64,000 nt of DNA, taken from Pristiophorus japonicus. Lineage: Eukaryota. Of this stretch, positions 48,216-59,436 are shown piece by piece (within the stretch, counting starts at the first letter, position 1; each line of letters opens with the position of its first letter). The DNA is taken from contig NC_091998.1 in assembly GCF_044704955.1 (NCBI RefSeq), positions 4,960,001 to 5,024,000 of the forward strand. The letters run 5' to 3'. Under the pieces are notes generated by a model. The model saw nothing but the letters and a program-made list of their open reading frames with translations, did not search any database and had not been told where the DNA came from. The translations under genes were made by a program, and so were the position numbers.

Positions 48216-48614
48216 GGATTGACAGCAGCAGCTCTTTGCAAAGCCACGGTCGGCAACCCAGGACCTGCAGGGTGTCGGCAGGAAAGGCCAGCGACCAGGC
48301 AAGGACAGGTGAGGCAGAATGAAGAGGGAGGCAGCAAAGACAAGAAATCCTCCTTGAGATTTAAGCCTGTGGGCTGGGGGAGGCGAATAACACGCGCATA
48401 TATCGTGTCATCATTGTGCACGTACTTTGCAACGAGCTGCATTTTCGTCTTTTGCAAAGGGAGCTTTTTGTTTTTAAGCACTATTTAAGGACACCTAAAG
48501 TTGGGTCCTTGCAGTGCAGTGGAGGGGCAGGTCCTTCTGCAATGACTACATATTATTGTTGTCAATAAGCCTGTTGCAATGTGAACTGCTGTATTTGCTT
48601 GCATAAGTCTTCTG

Positions 48615-49027
48615 AAGTTTGAAAGAATGAGAAGTGATCTTAATGAAATGTATAAGATACTGAAGGGGCTCGACAGGTTGGATGCAGAGAGGATGTTTCC
48701 CCTCGTGGGAGAATCTAGAACTAGGGGCATAGTCTCAGAATAAGGGGCCGCCCATTTAAAACTGAGATGAGGAGGGATTTCTTCTCTGAGAGGGTTGTAA
48801 ATCTGTGGAATTCTCTGCCCCAGAGAGCTGTGGAGGCTGGGTCATTGAATATATTTAAGGTGGAGATAGACAGATTTTTGAACGATAAGCGAGTAAAAGG
48901 TTATGGGGAGCGGGCGGGGAAGTGGAGTTGAGTCCAAGATCGGATCAGCCATGATTGTATTGAATGGCGGAGCAGGCTCGAGGGGCCGAATGGCCGACTC
49001 CTGCTCCTATTTCTTATGTTCTTATGT
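48615..49027 (+). mobile_element. CR1 LINE 3' fragment
   Basis: Tail ctatttcttatgttcttatgt. Confidence 0.9.
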
Positions 49028-50169
49028 GGCTAGATTGTATCTGTCTGTTTTGATAGCTTTTCATTAGCTAAGCAATTTTTGTCACTTTTCATGTTGAGAG
49101 CTCACTGGTATCAAATGTCTTGTTGTTTTGTTCAGTGGTGTATGTTATAAGAAAAGGATTCTTCAACAGAAAGAAAGATGATGAATATTTTATTCAAGTT
49201 AATTCTACCTACAATTTGCATATTTACACATAACCTTTCATTGCAGCCAAACGTTTCATAGTTGTGGAGGTGGGTTGTCGGGGTGGGAGGGGCATGAGGG
49301 GAGGTGTCCGAAGGAAGGAGAGATGGAGCAAGGGAGAGGAGTTGAGGACAGCGTTGTCCAATAGGAATCGCTGAATAGCTACAGGTGCGGCTTGGGCAAC
49401 AATCACAATACAGGTAAAGGTGCTTCATGTGTGGATAGTTACTGAATGAGCATCTACCATCATTCAGTAACCAAGGAGGTAAAACACTTAACGATCAAAA
49501 AAACACACTCTGTTTTTCATCTTACCAAATTACCAACAAATGCACAAAAAGGTTAAAGTTCACATGCAGACACTGTGCGAATAGTGAGATCACATGACCA
49601 ACGGCGGGGTTTGACTTGTTTTTTTTTAAATTCGCCACATCTGGAATCCCAGTTAGCCAGATGTGGCAAACTCAATGAGTGACACTGGGGCCAGATGGCT
49701 GAAAGCACTGCCACTATTGGTAGAACAGCGGGAGGGTGAATGTGCAGCGACCTGGAGTTGGAGGAAGTCCCAGATGGAAGGATTTGCAGATGAGGGCCTG
49801 AGCTTCAGAGTTGCTGCCCAGTGTAGGAAGATATCTACTCAAAGGAGTTCCCTTCCTTGATACAACAGCAAAATTCTGCCAATCCTGGAAACCTGATGTG
49901 TCAACTTTTTATCACATAATACCCCTGTGAAGCACCTTGGGATGTTTCACTGCATTAAAGGTGCTATATAAATACAAGTTGGTGTTGTTGTTGAAAAACA
50001 TAAAATGCTGGAAATACTCGAGAAATGGAGTTATCCTTTCATCTGAATTCTTTAAGACACCATTCAGTCTCTGAGCACAGAAGAGATTTGGAGAGGTGCA
50101 GTGCAGTTTAAGTGCTGTGGGGTACAGTTACATCAGGGAGTGAGGGGTCATCTCTGGTAACAGCTATGT

Positions 50170-50705
50170 GTCCTAACTCGCACCAAGTCCCGCTCACCCA
50201 TCACCCGCTGTGCTCGCTGACCTACATTGGCTCCCGGTTAAACAACACCTCAATTTTAAAAATTCTCATCCTTGTTTTCAAATCCCTCTGTGGCCCTCGC
50301 CCCTCCCTATCTCTGTAATCTCCCCCAGCCCCACAACAAATGTTCCCTGCAATTTTCTTTGGCCCTGCGTGGCCCCTTTAAGGGTCCGTGCGTGTTCCCT
50401 AGAGAGCAGCTTAAAATGAACGTTGCCACAACCCCCCGCTCCTCTAATTCTGCCCTCGAGCATCCCTGATTATAATCACTCCACCATGGGTGCCTTCTGT
50501 TGCCTGGGCCCCAAGCTCTGGAACTCCCTCCCTAAACCTCTCCGCCTCTCTCTCCTTTAAGACGCTCCTAAAGCCTACCTCTTCATCTGAGCTAATATCT
50601 ACTTATGTGGCTCGGTGCCAAATGTTGTTTGATAATCGCTCCTGTAAGCGCCTTGGGATGTTTTACGATATTAAAGATGCTCTATAAATACATATTATTG
50701 TTGGG
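50170..50705 (+). mobile_element. L2 3' fragment containing an 88-bp MITE (50338-50425)
   Basis: LADLHWLPVKQ. The insert aaatgttccc...gaacgttg is flanked by CCACAAC on both sides. Confidence 0.78.
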
Positions 50706-50866
50706 GTTGTTCCCTTTGCTTGTCTCTGGCTGGGTCAGTGACATGGGTGATTTGGGTGTTGGAGCGAGGGTCATTGTGAGACGCCCAGACCAGGCTGCAG
50801 CCTGCTACATATAGAATCCCAAAGGAAACTAAATGGTTTGGCACATAACGGTCCTGCTTAAGTTTG

Positions 50867-50880
50867 CCACAAGATGGCAG
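50867..50880 (+). promoter_or_regulatory. Candidate CTCF motif
   Basis: CCACAAGATGGCAG, one mismatch to CCASYAGRKGGCRS. Confidence 0.4.
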
Positions 50881-51034
50881 TATTGCGTCAGTCACTTTTG
50901 CTGTTGCTTTAGTCGAGTGAGTTGTTCAAAATCACATTTTAAACAGGGATAAAGATGACTTTTTGGCCACTTAACTGACTGACTAGCTTAATATCCCCTC
51001 AATAATTCCATACTCGCCTCTTCAGTACTGTTAC

Positions 51035-51575
51035 AAACACCATCTACAAGGCACAAGTCAGGAGTGTGATGGAATACTCCCCACTTGCCTGGATGAGTGC
51101 AGCTCCAACAACACTCAAGAAGCTCGACACCATCCAGGACAAAGCAGCCGCTTGATTGGCTCCCCATCCACCACTTTTCAACACTCACTCCCTCCACCAC
51201 CGGCGCACCGTGGCTGCAGTGTGCACCATCTACAAGATGCACTGCAGCAACTCGCCAAGGCTTCTTCGGCAGCACCTCCCAAACCCGTGACCTCTACCGC
51301 CTAGAAGGACAAGGGCAGCAGGCGCATGGGAACACCACCACCTCCACGTTCCACTCCGAGTCACACACCATCCTGACTTGGAAATATATCGGCCGTTCCT
51401 CCATCGTCGCTGGGTCAAAATCCTGGAATTCCCTCCCTAACAGCACTGTGGGAGCACCTTCACCACACGGACTGCAGCGGTTCAAGAAGGCGGTTCACCA
51501 CCACCTTCTCAAGGGGCAATTAGGGACGGGCAATAAATGCCGGCCTTGCCAGCGACGCCCACATCCTGAGAATTA
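51035..51575 (+). mobile_element. LINE 3' end (same family as 21980-22470)
   Basis: YKAQVRSVMEYSPLAW-type ORF2 C-terminus and the ggcaataaatgccggccttgccagcgacgcccacatcc tail. Confidence 0.85.
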
Positions 51576-51680
51576 ATTAAAAAAAACAAGAGTAATAATC
51601 TTTGTACGCTCTCTGCCGGAATCTGAAGCCCAACATAATCAAACTGAACGATCGACTTTACCAGATTGAAGGTCTGTGTA

Positions 51681-54200
51681 CATAAGAACATAAGAATTAG
51701 GAACAGGAGTAGGCCATCTAGCCCCTCGAGCCTGCTCCGCCATTCAATAAGATCATGGCTGATCTGGCCGTGGACTCAGCTCCACTTACCCGCCCTCTCC
51801 CCGTAACCCTTAATTCCCTCATTGGTTAAAAATCTATCTATCTGTGATTTTGAATACATTCAATGAGCTAGCCTCAACTGCTTCCTTGGGCAGAGAATTC
51901 CACAGATTCACAACCCTCTGGGAGATGAAATTCCTTCTCAACTCGGTTTTAAATTGGCTCCCCCGTATTTTGAGGCTGTGCCCCCTAGTTCTAGTCTCCC
52001 CTACCAGTGGAAACAACCTCTCTGCCTCGATCTTATCTATCCCTTTCATGATTTTAAATGTTTCAATAAGATCACCCCTCATCCTTCTGAACTCCAACGC
52101 GTAAAGACCCAGTCTACTCAATCTATCATCATAAGGTAACCCCCTCATCTCCGGAATCAGCCTAGTGAATCGTCTCTGTTCCCCCTCCAAAGCCAGTATA
52201 TCCTTCCTTAAGTAAGGTGACCAAAACTGCACGCAGTACTCCAGGTGCGGCCTTACCAATACCCTATACAGTTGCAGCAGGACCTCCCTGCTTTGGTACT
52301 CCATCCCTCTCGCAATGAAGGCCAACATTCCATTCACCTTCCTGATTACCTGCTGCACCTGCAAACTAACCTTTTGGGTTGGTCTTGAGTCTCCCGCTTG
52401 AGGAGGGCGGTCAGTCGTTGGTGTGCGTCAGCGCCCAGCTCGCGACTTTCCGTCTTCAGACCCTGCAGAGATACCTTTACGTCGAGCCCCCTCCTAGGTG
52501 GTGCGCTCTGGCGATGTATTTCTTCTGCCAGCAGCGCGACCTCAATTACGACACGCAGCTCCTGTTTGTGAACTTGGGGGGTGTCAGGACCGCCCTCCGG
52601 GAGCTGCCTGTCTTTTACAGGGACCTCATCAGGGTCTGGAACAAAGTCTCCACCAAGCGCAGCTCTCCGCCGGCTGGAGTGGCGGCCGTCCTGCAGGAGC
52701 CGCTGCTCGGGAATCCGTACCTCCACGACCGAGGTTTTATGTGGCGGTCGGAAGAGAGGGCTGTGGCTGGTGAGGTGACCAGGGTCAGGGACCTGCTCGA
52801 TGGTGGAGGAGCGGGCTGGATGGCGCCAGACACGCTGGCGCGGCGCCTAAATTCTGCCAACGTCCGCCACGCGGCCGATGCCATCGAGTCGCTAAAAACA
52901 GCTCTGGGCCCTGACTCCGTTAGGTGCATCGAGGAGGCTCAAGCACGTGGGGAGATCCCGTCCGAACTGACCCCCGTCCGGACGGAATTCCTCATCGGCG
53001 CCAAGCCCCGGAATCTCCCTCGGGGGGCCGGCGCCTCACAACTTGAGCCGCCTCGGGGAAATCCCCTCCGTGCCTTTCAGTTCCGCGCGGAGGGGTTTCT
53101 TGTACGGGCTGCTCCTGCACACTCTCAACTTTGCCATCCTCGCCTGCCGTCCGGACACGCCATGGCGTACCATCCTGCTGTCCGGAGGAGGCGGGGGTCC
53201 CTGATGGAGGGCACTCTACGCAGGGGTCCTCCCACTATTCATCGGGGACTTGGCCTGGAGGGTGGTGCACGGAGCAGTGCCGTGCAACAAATTTTTAAGC
53301 CAGTTCACGGACTCCCAGGCCGCCTGCAATTTCTGCGGTCTGGAGGAGTCCGTGTTCCATGTTTTTATTGAATGCACGAGGTTGCAGCCCCTGTTCCATT
53401 ATTTGAAGGGGCTGCTCCTGAAATTCTGGCTGCACTTCAGTCCCACTCTCCTGATCTTTGGGCACCCTGTGCGGAGGGGAGCGGGTAGGTCCGAGGGCCT
53501 CCTCGTAGGACTGCTCCTGGGCACGGCCAAGGGTGCCATCAGCCGGTCCAGGCAGCGGGCGGTCGAGGGGGTCGTTCAACCTGACTGCCTGCCTCTCTTC
53601 CGCTCTTGCATCCGGGCCAGGGTGTCCTTGGAGATGGAGCACACGGTGTCCACCGGTACGCTCGCGGCCTTCCGCGAGAGGTGGGCACCGGAGGGACTGG
53701 AGTGCATCATCACGCCCGGCAACCAAATTTTAATTTGATTTTACGTTTTAAAGTTTAATTTGTTTTAATTGCCGGTGCTTTTAGTGTCCCCTCCCCTTTT
53801 ATAAGGGGCACTGGAAAAAATTTGATTTTAGCGCCCAAAAAAAAGAAAAACACAAAAAAAAAAGGAAAAAAAAGGGCCTTGTAAATGTCTGCTGTGTCAT
53901 CCAGGGCGGGTGGCACGGTTTAATGTTTTTTGTTTTGCAGATAAACTCCAAAAAGAGTTTCATGTACAAGGACCCCCAGGTCCCTCTGTACCGCGGCATG
54001 TTGTAATTTCTCCCCATTCAAATAATATTCCCTTTTACTGTTTCTTTTCCCAAGGTGGATGACCTCACATTCCGACATTGTATTCCATCTGCCAAACCTT
54101 CGCCCATTCGCTTAACCTATCTAAATCTCTTTGCAGCCTCTGTGTCCTCTACACAACCCACTAATCTTAGTGTTATGCAAATTTTGTTACACTGCACTCT
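51681..54200 (-). mobile_element. Young CR1 LINE split by a Tx1-like insertion
   Basis: ORF 51834-52364 is an intact CR1 C-terminus. CR1 stops at ...ccttttgggtt (52380) and resumes at tcatgtacaagg (53960). Confidence 0.9.
52381..53959 (+). mobile_element. 5'-truncated Tx1/L1-clade LINE (ORF2 C-terminus with CCHC zinc finger plus 3'UTR)
   Basis: LSLPLEEGGQSLV..., DLAWRVVHGAV and CNFCGLEESVFHVFIEC. Frameshift near 53025. The 3'UTR ends ...AAACTCCAAAAAGAGTT. Confidence 0.88.
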
Positions 54201-54534
54201 GTAGGACACAAAACTCTCAGATTTTGATGATGTGACTTGGGATTTATCCACCAGCCCTTTGCTAACCTCCAGGTGGGTGAGAAAGATAAGGGCAAATCAA
54301 AGTTGAGTTCCCAGGGCTGTAGTTTGGAGACTCCTGTTGTAGGAAGAGGGGAGGGGAGGGCAGACAGGGAGAGGTACAGAGACCTGCCGTGTAGAGGTCG
54401 TTGGCTGGAATAGCTTGGAACAGGAGACAGTGAGCCGAGTCCCAATTTTAACACAGTAGGGAGGATGACATACATGCAGATTAAGAGGTTAATTGCGTGA
54501 CAGCGACCATATTATTTATTGTGAGCATTTGAAT

Positions 54535-54940
54535 GAAAGGAAGATTTGCATTTTTTATAGCGCCTTTCTCGACCACTTTACAACCAATGAAGTACTTTTT
54601 GAAGTGTTGTCAGTGTTGTAATGTGGGAAACACAGCAGCCAATTTGCGCACAGCAAGCTCCCACAAACAGCAACGTGATAATGAGCAGATAATCTGTTTT
54701 AGTGATGTTGGTTGAGGGATAAATATTGGCCCCAGGACACCGGGGATAACTCCCCTGCTCTTCTTCGAAATCCACGGGATCTTTTACGTCCACCTGAGAG
54801 AGCAGACGGGCCTCGGTTTAACATCTCGTCTGAAAGACGGCACCTCCGACAGTGCAGCACTCCCTCAGCCCTGCACTGGGATTGTCAGCCTAGATTTTAT
54901 GCTCAAGTCTCTGGAGTGGGACTTGAACCCACAACCTTCT
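54535..54940 (-). mobile_element. Deu-SINE
   Basis: Matches the SINE consensus. Confidence 0.88.
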
Positions 54941-55467
54941 ATACAAGAACAGTGTCAGTCAGAAATATTAGCTCCGTATATCACTGTTCACTGGTTCTGG
55001 CTGTGCTGCTGAGAACCATTTCTTTCCTCTCAGTTGTAATGTAATCTTTATAAAATACAAACCGGGCTAATGGAGATGACATTGATAATGAAATACATGT
55101 ATACACAAAAAACACAGATTTTGTCGTGTGTGCGTCACGTCAGACTTATGTTTTTATTTTTTTGGCTCTTTTCCATCCTGCTCTCGGATGGAAATACTCT
55201 CTTTGATTAACTCTTTTTGTTATTGACTAGTTTGCGATGTAACTAGTGAACAACTAGTTAAAAACTTGTTTTGGCTGCTTTTGGTGGGTGCCGCCTTCCC
55301 AGGGAATGCAAAAGTGGACGTAAAGTTTCTTGGTGTTGGGTCAAAAATTTGCAACATTGATTATTTGTGTATCATCGCTTTGGATGATAGATTTTTAACC
55401 CATTTTAGCATTTGTGATGAAGTGGAATTGGATCGAGGCAGCACGTCACTGCATGACTCTGCTGTAC

Positions 55468-55491
55468 TGACCTCTGACCAGCAGATGGCAG
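55468..55491 (+). promoter_or_regulatory. Overlapping DR1 nuclear-receptor element and CTCF motif
   Basis: TGACCTCTGACCA (55468-55480) and CCAGCAGATGGCAG (55478-55491, full match to the CTCF core consensus). Confidence 0.45.
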
Positions 55492-55817
55492 GAGAGGCCT
55501 ACATTGGTAACGATCAGGGTGAAAATGAACCAGAAATATTGGATTTAATAGCATTAATATTTTTAAGTGCTGCTTTACGCTCGTTATCAACCCTGCTTTT
55601 TCAATTTCTTGGAAGAACAACTGGAGTCTACCAATAATGCCTTAAATGCATAATAATCTGCTTGAATGAATACCCAATTGCCTTTTTTTGGTTTAATTTA
55701 AATAATTGTTCCTGCGAAGAAGTCTCCGTGTGATTTAAGTTCACTGATTTTTCAGTTTTTTGGGGGCAGACACAAATGAATGTCCTGCTTTTTCCTTGCC
55801 CCGCACCGAGCCTCAGC

Positions 55818-55872
55818 CTTCCTGGTGCTTTCCGTTCCTCTCAGTCAGAGAGCGACGGAAAGCACCAGGAAG
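55818..55872. other. Near-perfect hairpin / inverted repeat
   Basis: CTTCCTGGTGCTTTCCGT (55818-55835) is the exact reverse complement of ACGGAAAGCACCAGGAAG (55855-55872), with an inner CTCTC/GAGAG stem. Confidence 0.9.
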
Positions 55873-56094
55873 CCGCAAAGGTGGAAGGCGAGGTGGTGGA
55901 GTTTGGCCGGGTTTGGGGATGATGAGAAACTAAAGCCGGCAGACTAACTTTCTATGTTTCATTGCTGTCTGCACAAGTGTTTATGAAATGTGGTCTGGGC
56001 AAGTGTTAGCAGCCAAAACTGTACATTAATCAACAGATTAGCAGCTTTGCTAAATAGCGTACAAAGGAATTCCACACAAATGTGTTAAGCATTC

Positions 56095-56880
56095 ATAACA
56101 ACGACAATATAATACCTTTCACGTAGTAAAATATCCTAAGGCCCTTCAGTGGAGCATTATCAAACAGTTCCCGGGATGTGGGCGTCGCTGGCAAGGCCGG
56201 CATTTATTGCCCATCCCTAATTGCCCCTTGAGAAGGTGGTGGTGAGCCGCCGCCTTGAACCGCTGCAGTCCGTGTGGTGAAGGTGCTCCCACAGTGCTGT
56301 TAGGGAGGGAGTTCCAGGATTTTGACCCAGCGACGATGAAGGAACGGCCGATATATTTCCCAGTCAGGATGGTGTGTGACTGGGAGGGGAACGTGGAGGT
56401 GGTGGTGTTCCCATGCGCCCGCTGCCCTTGTCCTTCTAGGCGGTAGAGGTCGCGGGTTTGGGAGGTGCTGCCGAAGAAGCCTTGGCGAGTTGCCGCAGTG
56501 CATCTTGTAGATGGTACACACTGCAGCCACGGTGCGCCGGTGGTGGAGGGAGTGAATGTTGAAGGTGGTGGATGGGGAGCCAATCAAGCGGGCTGCTTTG
56601 TCCTGGATGGTGTCGCGATATTAGGGCAGGTGACCAAAAGCTTGGTCAAAGAGGTAGGTTTTAAGGGGCGTCTTAAAGGAGGAGAGAGAGGTAGAGAGGC
56701 GGAGAGGTTGAGGGAGGGAGTTCCAGAGCTTGGGGCCGAGGCAACAGAAGGCACGGCCACCATTGGTGGAGCGATTATAATCTGCAGAATTGGAGGAGCG
56801 CAGAGATCTCGGGGCGGTGGTGTTTGAAGGCATGGAGGAGATTAGAGATAGGGAGGAACAAGGGCCATGGAGGGATTGGA
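56095..56880 (-). mobile_element. L2 tail interrupted by a LINE 3' fragment (56168-56613)
   Basis: L2 sequence on both sides. The insert matches 51100-51570 in reverse. Confidence 0.82.
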
Positions 56881-57076
56881 ACACTAATATTCGCACGGCG
56901 TAATCTCAGAATCTTTCCTTTCCTTCTACGTAATGTGTTGACCACCTTCTGTGCCGATTGATTTACAGAGAAACGATACTTGTCCGCTCAGTTCTGAAAC
57001 ACCACGGTTAATTCCAATCCGTGTTTTTTCTCCAGAAAGTTGCGTCACTCAATATCAAACAAAAAGGTGGCATCTC

Positions 57077-59436
57077 TGTTATGTATGTAAACCTGTAATT
57101 ACCTTGTTTAACCACCAGAGGGCTCATCCCCTGGAGTCCCAAGGGATCCCACAATCCATTGAGAGCACCTGTATATCAGGAGGCCTCACAGGCTGGAGAG
57201 ACACTCTGAGATCTGTGATAAAGGACTATGGTCACACCTTACTTTGAGCTGGCAGTATCTGATCTGACTCTTTATTCAAGACATAACAACTGGCGACGAA
57301 AATGACTAATCCCAACGCAACAATGCAGAGAACTGTGGGCATCCTGGAGAAATTTTCAGAGGGAGATGATTGGGAAACCTTCGTGGCGCGACTTGACCAA
57401 TACTTCGTGGCCAACGAGCTGGAAGCAGAAGGGAACGCTGCCAAACGAAGGGCGATCCTCCTCACAGTTTGCGGGGCATCAACGTATGGCCTCATGAAAA
57501 ACCTGCTCGCTCCATCGAAACCCACAGACAAGTCATACAATGAGTTGTGCACACTGGTCCGGGAGCATCTAAACCTGAAGGAAAGCGTTCTGATGGCGAG
57601 GCATCGGTTCTACATGTACAAGAGGTCTGAAGGCCAGCAAGTGGCGAGCTACGTCGCTGAGCTAAGGCGCCTTGCAGGACATTGCGAATTTGAAGGACAC
57701 TTGGAGCACATGCTCAGGGACTTCTTTGTACTTGGCATTGGCCACGAAACCATACTTCGCAAACTTTTGACTGTAGAGACCCCAACCTTGAGTAAAGCCA
57801 TAGCGATAGCCCAAGGCGTTTATCTCCACCAGTGACAATACCAAACAAATTTCCCAGCACACTAGTGCTGCTGCAAGTACTGTGAACAAAGTAACGTTCT
57901 TTTTGAATCGATATGCACATGGCAGGACTTACGCGCCTGTAGCTGCAAGTCCGCAGATGACTCGGATTCTGCCATCAAGGGTGGTGACTACAAGGCCATT
58001 AACACTTTGTTGGTGCTGCGGGGGTGATCATCGTTTCCATTCATGCCGCTTCAAAGGATACGTTTGCAAGGGATGTGGAACAATGGGATACCTCCAACGT
58101 ATGTGCAGGTGAGCTGCAAACCCTGCTAATCCTGCAAACCACCATGTTGCAGAGGAGGACAGATCCACGGTGGATCATGACGAACCAGAGCCTCAGACCG
58201 AGGAGGCAGAGGTATATGGGGTGCATACATTTACCACAAAATATCGCCCAATAATGCTGAAGCTTGATTTAAATGGACTCCCGGTGTCCATGGAGCTGGA
58301 CACGGGCGCAAGCCAGTCCATAATGAGTAAAAAGACTTTTGATAAGTTATGGTGCAACAAGGCTTCAAGGCCAATCCTGACTCCCATTCGTACCAAACTT
58401 AGAACGTACACAAAGGAACTGATTCCCGTTATTGGCAGTGCTACCGTAAAGATCTCCTATGATGGAGTGGTGCACGATTTACCACTCTGGGTGGTATCGG
58501 GCGATGGCCCCACGCTGTTCGGCAGGAGCTGGCTGGAAAAGAAGCGCTGGAACTGGGACCACGTCCGAGCGCTTTCATCTGTCGACGACACCTCATGTGT
58601 CCAGGTCCTAAGCAAGTTCCCCGCACTGTTCGAACCAGGCATGATGAGGGAGAGGGTGGAGATTGAGCTGGACAGGCTGCAACGAGAGGGCATCATTTCG
58701 CCGATCAAATTCAATGAGTGGGCCAGTCCGATTGTTCCAGTCCTCAAGGGAGACGGCACTGTCAGAATCTGTGGTGATTACAAAGTAACTATCAGTCGTT
58801 TCTCACTGCAGGACCAATACCCGCTACCAAAGGCAGACGATCTATTTGCGATGCTGGCGGGAGGGAAAACGTTCACGAAGCTGGACTTGACCTCGGCCTA
58901 CATGACGCAGGAGCTGGAGGAATCTTCAAAAGGCCTCACCTGCATCAACACGCACAAAGGTCTTCGTTTACAACAGATGCCCGTTTTGGATTCGATTGGC
59001 CGCGGCGATATTCCAGAGGAACATGGAAAGCTTGCTGAAGTTGATCCCGCGGACTGTGGTCTTCCAGGACGACATCTTGGTTACAGGTCGGGACACCATC
59101 GAGCACCTGCAGAACCTGGAGGAGGTTCTTAGTCGGCTTAATCGCGTGGGGCTCAGGCTAAAATGCTCGATGTGCGTTTTTCTGGCGCCTGAAGTGGAGT
59201 TCCTGTGGAGAAGAATCGCGGCGGACGGCATCAGCCCCAACCTGTAATTACCATGTCTAACCACCAGAGGGCTTGTCCCCTGGAGTCCCAAGGGATCCCA
59301 CAATCCCTTGGGAGCACCTGTATATAAGGAGGCCTCACAGGCTGGAGAGGCACTCTGAGATCGATAATAAATGGCCACGGTCACATTTACTTTGAGTTTA
59401 CAGTATCTGATCTGACTCTTTATCCAAGACATAACA
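57077..59436 (+). mobile_element. Internally deleted Ty3/Gypsy LTR retrotransposon
   Basis: 5' LTR TGTTATGT...ACATAACA (57077-57288) and PBS TGGCGACG at 57291. Gag (57302-~58110) has CX2CX3HX4C knuckles, protease MELDTGA, RT WASPIVPV...FTKLDLTSAY...FQDDILV. Partial 3' LTR at 59239-59436. Several frameshifts and stops. Confidence 0.93.

Noticed and set aside
49631-49670. 14-bp inverted repeat ttcgccacatctgg/ccagatgtggcaaa
   Set aside because: Short and isolated, possibly a MITE relic. Not enough evidence for function.
52379-53738. 330-aa and 162-aa ORFs as a novel host gene
   Set aside because: They are the frameshifted C-terminus of a Tx1/L1 ORF2, with other fragments of the same element at 39301 and 45489.
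55266-55637. 123-aa ORF
   Set aside because: Non-ATG start, no recognisable domain and no supporting gene structure.
57302-59247. Domesticated gag/protease gene
   Set aside because: Flanked by LTRs and a PBS, with frameshifts, stops and deletions, so it is a decaying retrotransposon.
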